A stretch of DNA of 63,513 nucleotides, counting the filler, from Reclinomonas americana ATCC 50394 (Eukaryota): the NCBI GenBank assembly GCA_048213135.1. It is 8 parts of 3 records of this genome, joined end to end, with 100 filler letters (N's around TTAATTAATTAA, not from the genome) between each part and the next. Parts side by side here need not be neighbours in the genome. Positions count along the whole stretch, not along the records: positions 47,100 to 55,268 come from PS015158.1; positions 55,369 to 61,358 come from PS015158.1; positions 61,459 to 63,513 come from PS015159.1; 5 more parts are not named here. The stretch is one strand, 5' to 3'. The notes under the pieces are model-generated. The model had not been told where the DNA came from. It saw only the letters and a list, made by a program, of their open reading frames with translations, and searched no databases. Positions 53,199 to 63,513 of this stretch are shown in pieces. Numbering within the stretch: position 1 is the first letter of the stretch; every line of letters begins with the position of its first letter. A program made the translations under genes and the position numbers.

Positions 53199-54511
53199 AT
53201 GCTCTCTGGGAAGAAGGAGAACGATGGAGACACGCGAGTGATTTTGCGCAAGTTGTTCTTCTTTTTCTTGGCGTTTTACGCGGTCGCGTACGCGTTGAGT
53301 GGCATTCTTGCGGGCGCCTTCCGCATCACATATCGCGGGTCGTTGCCGTTTGAGCATCGTGTGGGATTTGGGAACAGTGAGGAGATTGGTGAGTGACAGA
53401 GAGGAGTAAAGGAGAGGGAGGGGCAAAGGAGAGAGAGGGGCAGAGGAGAGAGGGGGTATCATCTTTTCTGGTTGCTTCTTCTCCTCATCCCACTCTTCAG
53501 CATCATCATCAGTTCTCTCCTCTTGTTCTTGTTGTTGTCATTCTTCTTCTTAATCCACTCGAACATCAATGACGACAGCAGCAGCAGCAGCAGGAAGCAG
53601 ATGCTGCTGGAAGAAAGGAAGAGGAGGAGAAGATTTTGTCGTTTGTATCCTTGTTCTTCTCTTTCTTCTTCTCCTCTCCTTCTTCTTCTTCCCCTCCTCC
53701 TCCTCCTCCTCCTTCTTCTCTCGTTCTCTCCAGCATCAGCTACTCGCTGCTGCTGCCGCTCCTGTTGCTGTTGCCGTTCTTGTCCTTTCTTTGTTCCTCC
53801 TCTTCTTCTTTCTCTTGTTCTTGTTGTTGTTGTTGTTGTATATGTTGTTGTTCTTCGACTTCTTTTGCATCTCCTTCTTCTTCTTCTTCCTCTCCTCCTC
53901 CTCCTCTTCTTCTTTTGCATCTCCTTCTTCTTCTTCTTCCTCTCCTCCTCCTCTTCTTCTCATTCTTCTTCTTCTTCGTTCCCTTGCCTCTCTTCTCTTC
54001 CTCCTCCTCCTCCTCCTCCTCCCTCCTCCTCCCTCCTCCTCCTCCTCCTCCTATCCCTCTCCCTCTCCCTCCTCCTCCTTCTCCTTCTACCCCCCATTCT
54101 CATCTTCGCCTCGTCCACTCGCACAGCCGCCTGGCTCAATCTGCTGCTGGAGTTCCTCATTGGCGTCGTGCTGTACTACTACATTGTGCGGAGTGCGCGG
54201 AGAGCATGGGACTACACGCTCACACTCGGTCTCTTCCACTTTGTGCTCTCGTGTATCGGTACGCATGCGCGCGCGTTGCGCCTCGTGCCAGTCGGCCGTA
54301 CTTATCGCGTGCATGCAGTAACACTGGACGGCCCCACAAGTTGGCTATGGTGGATCACCTTTGTGCTCTCCTGCGCCTGCATCTGGGTGTTTGGCGAGCT
54401 GGCCTGCCACTACCTGCGCGATCAACGAGAAATCACGGTGCGCCTGGGTTTACCATTGCCGAGTATCTGCATGCACTGACTCTCTTCTCCACACAGTTGG
54501 ATCGACCATAG
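53199..54511 (+). CDS. SYS1/TMEM244-family four-pass membrane protein
   Basis: Spliced translation: MLSGKKENDGDTRVILRKLFFFFLAFY...EEI|AAWLNLLLEF...IVRSARRAWDYTLTLGLFHFVLSCI|VTLDGPTSWLWW...VFGELACHYLRDQREIT|LDRP*. This matches the SYS1-like pattern V.R....D...T...H...P....WW...GE..C......EI. Confidence 0.75.
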
Positions 54512-54731
54512 CACACTGGCGGCAATGAAATCGAGAAAATATGTTGTGAGCTCTCGAAAGATGGAAGCTGTCCGAGTGCTGAATACCGGTGTGCAAGCTT
54601 CTCTCGTCCATGCATCGCAGTGAGAAGAACACAGGCTAAGACACGCACAGGCAACCGGGTGCATGCAGTCAACGACGTCAGTCGTCCTTGTGTCCCCCTC
54701 TCATAAGAGTCACTACACTCCCTCCGATAAT

Positions 54732-56815
54732 ATGGAGCCGGAGCTGCTTGCGCTCCTCGCGCAACAGGCCGCCGCCCTTCCCATGCCCACCATCACAGCA
54801 AGTGGCGGCAAGGACGAGCACAGTGAGGGCAAGAAACGCGCGACCAAGCGCGGTCGGAGGAGGAAGAGTGTGAGTGAGACAGAGGAGGAGGAAGTCGAGG
54901 AGGACAACGACAACGGAGAGAACGACAGTGATGATGATGGCGATGACGATGATGATGAGGAGGGCGGTGAGGGTGGACCAAAGAGAAAGCGACAGCGCAA
55001 GCAAGTCAAGCTGGCGTGTCTCAATTGCCGAGTTGCGTCTGTTTGCACACACACTGTCTCTCACACACTCACTTACATGCACACTCAGAATGCGCATGCA
55101 TGTTGCACGGATGATCGCCCTTGTCGGCGCTGCATTCGCCTCAATCTGGTGTGCGAGGCCGGTCCGCCCAAACGGCGTCGCACACTGGTGCCCGGTCGCC
55201 ACAAGCACAGTGGAGGTGAGCGGAGGGAGTCGCGTGAGGTCGGCTTGCTTCCGCCTCCTCTGGCGACTNNNNNNNNNNNNNNNNNNNNNNNNNNNNNNNN
55301 NNNNNNNNNNNNTTAATTAATTAANNNNNNNNNNNNNNNNNNNNNNNNNNNNNNNNNNNNNNNNNNNNCCACCACCACCACCACCGCAGGTAGCCGCCGT
55401 GGGAGCCATGTCGCCGGGATTGGTGCATGGATTTGAGTCGGCGTCGTCGCTGTGCTTCTTCCCGGAGGATGGCGAGTGGCCGGATTCATTGTTTGATACG
55501 TCGCTGGTGCCGCCGTACGTTGGCATCGAAGAGTTCCACGAAATGTCGCAGTTCCAGGCCACGCTCAAGGAGTTTGAGATTAGCCAGCAGCAACAACAGC
55601 AGCAACAACAACAACAGCAGCAGCAGCAGGTGCCGGCTGAGGCGCCTGTGCCGTCGGCGGCGGCGGGCACGTCGGGTGCTGCCGGTGACGTCACTTCTGA
55701 GGTCATTCGCCGCGAGGAGAAGGAGAAGTTCCAGGCGGCGGTGGACGACTTTCGACGCTGCTACCTGGAGTGGTGCCGCTGTCGCATGTTCTACAGTGGC
55801 AAGAACGATTCGGAGCTGGGGAGGATCTACTCCGAGGCCTTGTTCAGGTTGCTGGGAGAGAAGGTGCGGTAGAGGGAGAGGCGTTCACCGAGAATGTCAC
55901 TGCGCTCTCACGTTCTCTGCTCCTCACTCGTTGCGTGCATCTGCAGAAACGTGCCATCACCGACAACGCCAACTACGCCGCCTACCTCGGCTGGAATACG
56001 GTGTGCTCGGAGAGCATGCAGGCCATGTCGCAGCGTGAGCGCGAGCTCTCCGCCATCGCCTTCAATCATGCAAATGTGCCAATCTGCTCGGTGTCGAGCG
56101 GCGTGGTGGAGACGTGCAATCGACCGTTCCGCCGTGTGTTCGAGGTCGACCAGACCGAGGTGGAGGGCGGCAACTTTATGCTTGCCGACCTCATTGATCC
56201 GGAGGATGCGCAGCATTTCGTAAAGGTGAGACAGTGCATGTGGAGACAGCAGTTGCAGGCGTTGTTGCTGACCCAATGGGCGCGCACGCAGTCCATGACA
56301 CAAATCGTCACGGGCGACATTCTGCCAAATTCCACCACTTCGTACGCTCGTGTGTACCGCCTGCGGACGCGGCGCACTGGCAGACCACTGCAGGGCATGG
56401 TACGCACATCCGCACGAGTGTGTGTTTGATTGTGCTCTGTACTCACTGGTCGCAGGTGGCTGTCTCGGCCTTCACCGTGGACACCGAATCGGGCGGCAAG
56501 CGTCGTCGCTTTGTGTTGCACTTTATCGAGGACCAGAATGGTACCGCGTGGAGTGGTCAGCGCGGAGCTGGCGAGGAGGGCGACGAGTCGGCGCCGATTG
56601 TGATCACCAGCATCACCACGGCACTCAGTCCGGCACTGCGGCCTGCTGCGGGCGTTGCCAATGGCGGCGCTAACAGCAGAAGCAATGGCACTGCCGGACC
56701 TCCACCACCACCACCACCACCACCACCGCCCACATCGTCGTTATCGGCTCCATCCGCGGCGTCGGCATCGTCTCAATCTCTACAGCCACAAGGCCCGCCG
56801 ACCCTCTCCTTGTAA
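54732..56815 (+). CDS. Zn(II)2Cys6 binuclear-cluster transcription factor with C-terminal PAS-like domain (gap inside)
   Basis: RQRKQVKLACLNCR|NAHACCTDDRPCRRCIRLNLVC has C-x2-C-x6-C-x5-C-x2-C-x6-C spacing. The C-terminal AFNHANVPICSVSSGVVETCNRPFRRVFE...LADLIDPED is PAS-like. Confidence 0.8.
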
Positions 56816-56864
56816 GTTCTTCAAACATGTTGTTCATTGCCGATCCGAATGAAACACCGTCGGC

Positions 56865-56936
56865 ATCTCCATGGTCTAACGGCAAGGACATCGCTCTTCC
56901 AAAGCGGGGGCCCCGGTTCGATTCCGGGTGGAGATA
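56865..56936 (+). tRNA. tRNA-Gly(TCC)
   Basis: Complete cloverleaf: acceptor ATCTCCA/TGGAGAT, D arm GTCT..GGAC, anticodon stem TCGCT/AGCGG with loop CT-TCC-AA (anticodon 56898-56900), T arm CCCGG-TTCGATT-CCGGG, discriminator A. Confidence 0.92.
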
Positions 56937-56960
56937 TGACAACATGCCGCAAGGCATCCC

Positions 56961-56967
56961 TTTTTTT
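56961..56967 (+). terminator. Pol III oligo-T terminator of the tRNA gene
   Basis: A T7 run 25 nt downstream of the tRNA, followed by further T runs. Confidence 0.7.
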
Positions 56968-57678
56968 GCATTTTATTTTTTTGCTTGCCAAGCGGCAGTC
57001 GGTTCTCGTCGATGTCTCTGTGTCTTGCTGCCTGCTTCTCGACAGCACGAAAGGGGAGCTCAGCTGGCGAAGGGTGCGAGGGGACCGGGTGTGGTGGTGG
57101 TGGCGCAGACACCCACACTTGGCCGATCGCCCAAAACCAGCTTGTCCGGATTTGGAAGCTGCCACAGTGATTGCTGGATGTCGATTACGACAAGGCCTGT
57201 TATATTCCCTTCTCTGTGTGCAGCAACGAAGCATGTGGCTTTCACAACACTAGCGCTCACTGAGCTTCATTCAGAATGATCGTATGTTGATGGTGAGCGA
57301 TTGCAAGTGACGTCTGACCAAGCATGGCCTTATGATGCAGCTTCATGTATGCAGAAAGGGACGATGACGTAGAAAGACAGCTGGTGCTGGTGCTACCTGC
57401 CGATGGGACCTTTTGCACCGTCGGATCCGCGACCGACGTCGAGCCGTCACTTGAACGAATTCGAAGCTCGACCGGATATCGCGTGCACTTGTTCCAAAAG
57501 TAGCAGCCTCTCTCTTGCGAGATTGTACACCAGCAGTTGCTAAGCAAACAAACCCGAACCGCAGAAAGGTGCTGACACCGACAAGAAAAGGAATTCGAAA
57601 GCAGGACTTGACAGGACCACGTCTTCCTGTCGTCTGTCGCCCTTTGGAGCGCTTCATCCCTCCTCACCCTCCGCACCC

Positions 57679-57716
<38 letters not shown>

Positions 57717-57721
57717 GGGAC

Positions 57722-60700
57722 ATGGCCTCCGCTGTGACAACAGCGCTGCTGCAGGCGGCCAGCACACTGTGGCGACAATGTTCAGAGATTGCGCCCTTCC
57801 CACCGCTCTTTGCGCTCCTCTCGCGCATCTCCAAGAGGAAGAAGCGCGTGGGGGTCGTCGTTGCCAGTGTCACTGTGGCAGTCGCCGCAGCCTTGTTCCT
57901 GTGGTGGTTGATTAGGAGAAAGACCGTTGCGTGGTGTCACTGACACACACACACGCGCACACACACACGCACACACACATAGAGAGGGAGGGAGGGAGGG
58001 AGGGAGGGAGGGAGGGAGAGAGAGGGAGAGAGAGAGTGTGTGTGTGAACTCTTGACTTCTCCTCTTCTCGCTGTGTCTTNNNNNNNNNNNNNNNNNNNNN
58101 NNNNNNNNNNNNNNNNNNNNNNNNNNNNNNNNNNNNNNNNNNNNNNNNNNNNNNNNNNNNNNNNNNNNNNNNNNNNNNNNNNNNNNNNNNNNNNNNNNNN
58201 NNNNNNNNNNNNNNNNNNNNNNNNNNNNNNNNNNNNNNNNNNNNNNNNNNNNNNNNNNNNNNNNNNNNNNNNNNNNNNNNNNNNNNNNNNNNNNNNNNNN
58301 NNNNNNNNNNNNNNNNNNNNNNNNNNNNNNNNNNNNNNNNNNNNNNNNNNNNNNNNNNNNNNNNNNNNNNNNNNNNNNNNNNNNNNNNNNNNNNNNNNNN
58401 NNNNNNNNNNNNNNNNNNNNNNNNNNNNNNNNNNNNNNNNNNNNNNNNNNNNNNNNNNNNNNNNNNNNNNNNNNNNNNNNNNNNNNNNNNNNNNNNNNNN
58501 NNNNNNNNNNNNNNNNNNNNNNNNNNNNNNNNNNNNNNNNNATTGCCGTGTTACTACTGTGTGTCTTGCGGCCACTGTGAGACTCCGTGCCCTGTGCTTC
58601 TCGCCACTCTGTGTGCCTGTGATGGCTTGTGTGCGACGTGTTGTGTCGATTCACAAGCTCAAACATTGGAGAGATTCGGTGATCCTCTGATGTGATGTCG
58701 TGTCGTCCTCACTTCTCTCTCTCTTTCTCCGCTCAGTCACCGCGCGTGCTCTACGGTCGACATCGCCCTGGCGGCTCAAGAGGCGCCCTGCTGCCACCGC
58801 CCACGCACATTGTGTCGGCGGATGCGCATCGTCCGAGGAGCACGTCGTCACCGGAGTTGCTCGTGCGACTGCATCAACAGCACCAGCAGCAACAGCAACA
58901 GCAGCAGCAGCATCACCATCACCACCCTCAACAACAGCAACAGCAGCTGCGATATGGGGGCGCTGGAGGCGGGCTGCGAGCGTCGGCGTCGATGCCAGTG
59001 ACCGACGCGGATATAGATAGGTTTGTTGATGAGTCCTTTCCTTTTCTTTTCCTTGTCATCACACGCTCAACGTGCAATCTCACCGCAGCCTTCTCGTGTC
59101 GTCACCTCCTACGGCCGCTTCTGTCGGCGCGGAAGCCGGTCGCGGTGCTGCCTCCTCGTCAAACGCGCCCGGTTCCGCTTCGTCGGCCGCTGCGTTGATT
59201 CCGGCCCTGATCGAGTGGGATCAGATCATTTCGCCGCCAGCGCAGTTCTTCAAGATGTTTCGTTTCCTTTCTACGCACGAGAGTCGCACTTGCATCATTG
59301 TTGTGTCTCATCCGTGGTTTCCCCCGTTTGCGACAGTGCCGCATTCCTCAAGCAGTGGAACACCATGCATACGAATCTGGAAATGCTCTCGGCCCACTCG
59401 ATGGTTCGGTGAGTGCCATCCTGGATCCCACACCCACACCCCTGACTGGCGTCTCCTTGCACCGCTTCCCTCGTGGTGAACCTCACCGCACACTTGAATG
59501 CAGCTTGGAGAACGGCGCGGAGAAGCTGCTGGTGATCAACAGCCCCGACGCACTGGACGACGTGCTATCGATGGCCGGCTCGGTGTTTTGCCAGAGCCGA
59601 TACTCGGTGACCTTTTGGGAAGCGCTGCTGCACCAGCATCCCTCCAAGTGCCTCGTGCTGCAGAGCAACCGACCGACGCTGTTATCGTCGCTGTCGCGCA
59701 CATTTGCTTCACGCTTCTACCAGTCGGCGGTGATGGCCGTGGCGGAGACGAGTCGGGCGTGGAAAGCACGTCTGGGTGCCTCGGGTCCGGCCGGCAGTCG
59801 CCCGTCGAGTCCACGACTCGCTGCGCAGTCGCTGAGTGTGTACGCCGAGATGCAGTCGCTCGCCTTTGAAACAGTCGTGGGCATGCTGGTCGGCGACGCG
59901 CGCGAGATGACCAAGTTGAGAGCGAAGTTGCCGGCGGCGCTGGCCGATCTCAACGAGTGTGTCAGGTGAGTTATTGTTGAGAGGGAGAGAGAGAGAGAGA
60001 GAGAGGCGCTGTTGAGGGGGGAGATTCTCCACTGTCTGTTGCTCGTTGCTCACCGTTGTTGCTTTCTCGCCAGGTACTCGTGGGGCGGCCTGTCACGTAC
60101 CTTTGTTCTCAATCCGCTCCCCTTGTGGTCGTTCAAGAGGGCGCTGTCGCGATTAAGGACATTCCTGTCGCGATTTGTGCCGGGTGGCAAGCACAAGGTG
60201 CGTCCTGTTCGTTTACTCTGTTGTCACCCACTCACACCTGCTGTTCAGGATCGACCCGTCTCGCCTGTGCGCGTCTCCAGCTCCCCTCCACTTGATTTCC
60301 CGACGGCCCTTCGCGAGCGTGTGGCCAATCAGTTTGAGGTCGACCGGAATGCGCTGGCTGGCGGCTCCTTGCGCCCGCACCTGCGACGTGGAATCCCTGG
60401 GCGGCGGCAGGGTGCGACGTCCATTGACAACACTCCACCACCAGCGCGCCAGCAGCAGCTGCGTGGCTTTGGTCGCTCCTCCGCCGGTGGCGCATCCTCA
60501 TCGTCGCCGTCGTCGGCGCCACCGACGCCACCGCCGCCACCGTCTCCAGCCGACATTGATGACATTGACGAGCTGATGGCGCTAGTGGTGACCGGCACGC
60601 GAGTGCTCTCCTCTGCTCTGGCGTTTTGCATCTACAATCTCTCGCGACAGCACGAGGCGCAGCGTTTGTGTGCACGCGAGGTGCAGGAGACGGAGCCGTC

Positions 60701-61338
60701 GATTCTCATTGCCGGCTCCAATGACGACGACGATGACCCGTTATTTGGCGGCTCGTCGTACACGGATTTGACAGCGTTGGAGATGGGCCTGGAGAGCGAG
60801 GACCTCGAAAAGACGCTCCCTGTGCTCCATTCGTTTGTGCTCGAGGTACTGTCGCATCACCCTGACTTTCTTGTACCCTGCAGCTCACACCCTCTACCAG
60901 GTGCTGCGTCTGTATCCAAGCTATCCCGTGGTCTCCTTCAACACCGTGTATCCGCGGCCCGCCGACCCAAGTGCAACCGCGACCACCACCGCAACGGCCA
61001 CGGCTGCGGCTGAGCCAGCTGCCGCAGCAGCTGCGGCGGCGGCAGCGGCGCAGGTCCCTGTGCAAACCAAAGTGGTGGTCGGCGCGCACTCTATTCCGGA
61101 AAACACTGTGCTGGTCGCTTCTCCGTGGGTGCTGCACCGCTCCGAGAAGCACTGGCAACACCCTGGCGACTTCCGTGCGAATCGTTTCGAGGAGCGCAGC
61201 ATGACCACGTCGCTAGTGGTGCGCCAGGATCCCTTCTTGCCGCCGCAGGACTACTGGGACGAGGAGAACTCAATGTTGCTGGTATGTTGTGCTCCCCTTC
61301 GCTCGCACTGCACCGCGCATCGTGTCTTATCACGGTGT
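57722..61338 (+). CDS. Highly divergent cytochrome P450 (heme-Cys region falls in gap)
   Basis: N-terminal TM anchor (VGVVVASVTVAVAAALFLWWLIRRK), I-helix-like ELMALVVTGTRVLSSALAFCIYNL, J-helix EAQRLCAREVQE, K-helix FVLE|VLRLYP, and VGAHSIPENTVLVASPWVLHRSEKHWQHPGDFRANRF (meander/PERF). Confidence 0.8.
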
Positions 61339-61458
61339 GCGCGTTTTTCCCCGTCGAANNNNNNNNNNNNNNNNNNNNNNNNNNNNNNNNNNNNNNNNNN
61401 NNTTAATTAATTAANNNNNNNNNNNNNNNNNNNNNNNNNNNNNNNNNNNNNNNNNNNN

Positions 61459-63267
61459 GGCACGCGGCGTCCACGTGTACGTATTCGTCTGTGGCGTGGT
61501 GGCTCCACACGTGACTGGAAGGCTGGCGACAATGGTCTCGGGCGGCGACGGCAGTGCACTGCCCGTCAGCTCGATTTTGACCGCGGTGATGGCGGGGTTT
61601 GTACACGACCACTGCAGGTGGGAATGAGACGGGAGAGGAATGCGACACTGAGATGCGTGCAAAGGATGACCCACCGACAGCGTTACCGCATTTTGCGGAA
61701 TGACAACCAGTGGGGCGGCAACCTCGGCAATAGTGGTGGCTCGAATAACAATCGAGTCGACAACAAAGTCATAGTTCTCGGCGCGCACCACCACATTTGC
61801 GGCGCTGGAGGGTATCACCGAGCTGCCGACCGGCCACTGCAGCGTGTGCACGGTAGCCGGGTTTGTGCAGTCGACACCAGTCGGCAGGCAACCGGCAAAG
61901 AACTCCGCCGGCGTGGCCGACGTGGTGTCGACCACCCACAGCTCGACCTCGGTGTTGAAGCAACCACCTGCGCAGATTCAGAATGAGGGGAGAGTGACAG
62001 AGGGGCGGGGCAAGCGGGATTTGGGGCGAACCAGAGCACACAAATGAGATGGTAAAGGCGGTGTTGGTCCAGGCGGTATTTGTTGGCAGGGCGGAAGTGA
62101 ATGGCGCTGCGGGCGATGAAGCGTGAGTCGGCATGAGAGTGTCACCATGATCACACAATAACAGCGCCGCAACTGGCATCGCAGCACATTCGCAGTCCGT
62201 CCAGCGTCACACTCGTGGCCACGGCGCTGCCGGTGGTGTAGTCGAGAATGGACACACCCGATATACTTTGTCCGGCACCTGCAACACGCGCAGTGAGACA
62301 CGGAGGCACACACACATTCACAAAAGGAGGCGAAGAGTGAACAGACTCACCGAGAACGTTGAATTGGAAACAGTGCGGTGCATTGGGATTGAGCGGGCCA
62401 ATGACCGCACCGTCGTATTGGTTCGCCAGCCACAGATAATTAGTGATGACGGTGGCTGTGTGATGGGTCAGAGTTTGTTGAGCGTGCGCGCACACACGCT
62501 CCTGAGAACGACAGACCTGAGAATCCGTCGCCAAAAAACGTGCCGGTCTCGATGCTATTCGACACGGCAGTGACATAGGCGCCATTGTCACGGATCGGAA
62601 AGACGCCGGTTGGAGACGTGGCGGTGATTTGCACATTGCGCAGAGCGCCCGCTCCTCCACTCGCGTCACTCAACTGGAAGAAGAGATTGTTGGTGCCTTG
62701 CGAGTCCACCATGTAGGACAAGACGAGTTGATCGGTCAGGCGATCGGCGCCCGCCGCGAACACGGTGCTGGCGGTCTGCGTCAGACTGCATTGCGGGCGG
62801 AAATTAACAAAGGCACCGCCGCCGGAGCTGTAGCGACACGTGCGGGGGCTCCGCGAGCATCCTGCGCACACGAAGAGTCAGGAGGAGGACGCTGCGAGAA
62901 GGAGACCGTGTTACGCTGAACGTACCGACGCAAGATGCCGAGAGGCACGAGTAGGACAAGTCGAGCCACTGCGTTTGATGACGAGGTGAGTGAGCGAGGG
63001 CTGGTACTCTGCGCCTGTCAAGGCTGGCACTGTACTGCGGCTTGCCAACTCTCTGTTTGATTGTATCTCTCTCTCCTATTCCCTGCGCAATCACAAACCT
63101 TGTACGTCCCAGGGCACGGATCGCCGAGGAACGAGATCTTGACGAGGAACGAGCACGATGGCTGCCCATCACACAGTGCGCCGATTGTTGCCTTGACATC
63201 GGCGGCGCATGAGGTGTTGGCGACTTGCGACGGAACGCCCGAGTCGCATGTGGTCGAATCAGAACGC
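61459..63267 (-). CDS. Internal part of a multi-exon extracellular protein containing a SUEL/rhamnose-binding-type lectin domain
   Basis: Exon CDSGVPSQVANTSCAADVKATIGALCDGQPSCSFLVKISFLGDPCPGTYK has the SUEL signature C.G...C......FGDPC.GT.K. It is followed by several beta-rich Ser/Thr/Val exons joined by GT-AG introns; both ends are missing. Confidence 0.7.
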
Positions 63268-63295
63268 CTGCGTACGTGAGGGAGTGTGGGCACAA

Positions 63296-63329
63296 AGAGA
63301 GAGACGGAAGAGAGAGACGGAAGAGAGAG

Positions 63330-63406
<77 letters not shown>
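63296..63406. repeat. (GA)n microsatellite (intronic)
   Basis: Directly visible. Confidence 0.95.
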
Positions 63407-63407
<1 letters not shown>

Positions 63408-63513
63408 GACGACCGACGACGTACGTACGTACGTACGTACGTACGTACGTACGGTACGGTACGGTACGGTACGGTACCGGTACGGTACGGTACGGTACGG
63501 TACGTACGGGACG

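Noticed and set aside
53459-54479. Long Leu/Ser/Phe- or Arg/Glu-rich ORFs in the ORF track
   Set aside because: They are translations of the (CTT/CCT/GTT)n microsatellite intron of the SYS1-like gene; the same applies to ORFs in SHMT introns and ORFs running through N gaps.
63407-63513. (GTAC)n/(GGTAC)n terminal repeat, possible telomere
   Set aside because: It follows the TACG flow order after a long microsatellite at a contig end, typical of pyrosequencing read-end noise.

Overview
This is eukaryotic nuclear DNA from a draft scaffold: many N gaps, several carrying an artificial TTAATTAATTAA linker, and a pyrosequencing-like TACG tail at the end. The organism is GC-rich and intron-dense, with mostly ~60-80 nt introns, some long microsatellite-expanded ones, and very short intergenic spacers. 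It is probably a flagellated protist; I cannot assign a taxon from sequence alone. Recognisable spliced genes are a MORN-repeat + IRAK/Pelle-like pseudokinase, a WD40/coiled-coil protein, two tandem 7TM paralogs, MAK/ICK kinase, Arp5, BORCS6, an ACBP-domain protein, HGD, SHMT, a kinesin-10 (KIF22-like), Arp8, a TTLL6/13-like glutamylase, a SYS1/TMEM244-like protein, a Zn2Cys6-PAS transcription factor, a divergent cytochrome P450 and a SUEL-lectin protein. There is also one tRNA-Gly(TCC) and a ~3 kb gene-poor island with a 73-bp minisatellite. The most striking observation concerns splicing. About two dozen manually reconstructed introns start with GTT(G/T)(C/A)G, usually GTTGCGT, which is the organism's normal donor shifted by one base. 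Nearly all of these lack the exonic G at -1, the pattern expected if U1 pairs in a +1-shifted register on a large scale. All gene models were built by hand without RNA data, and exon boundaries in poorly conserved regions are tentative.
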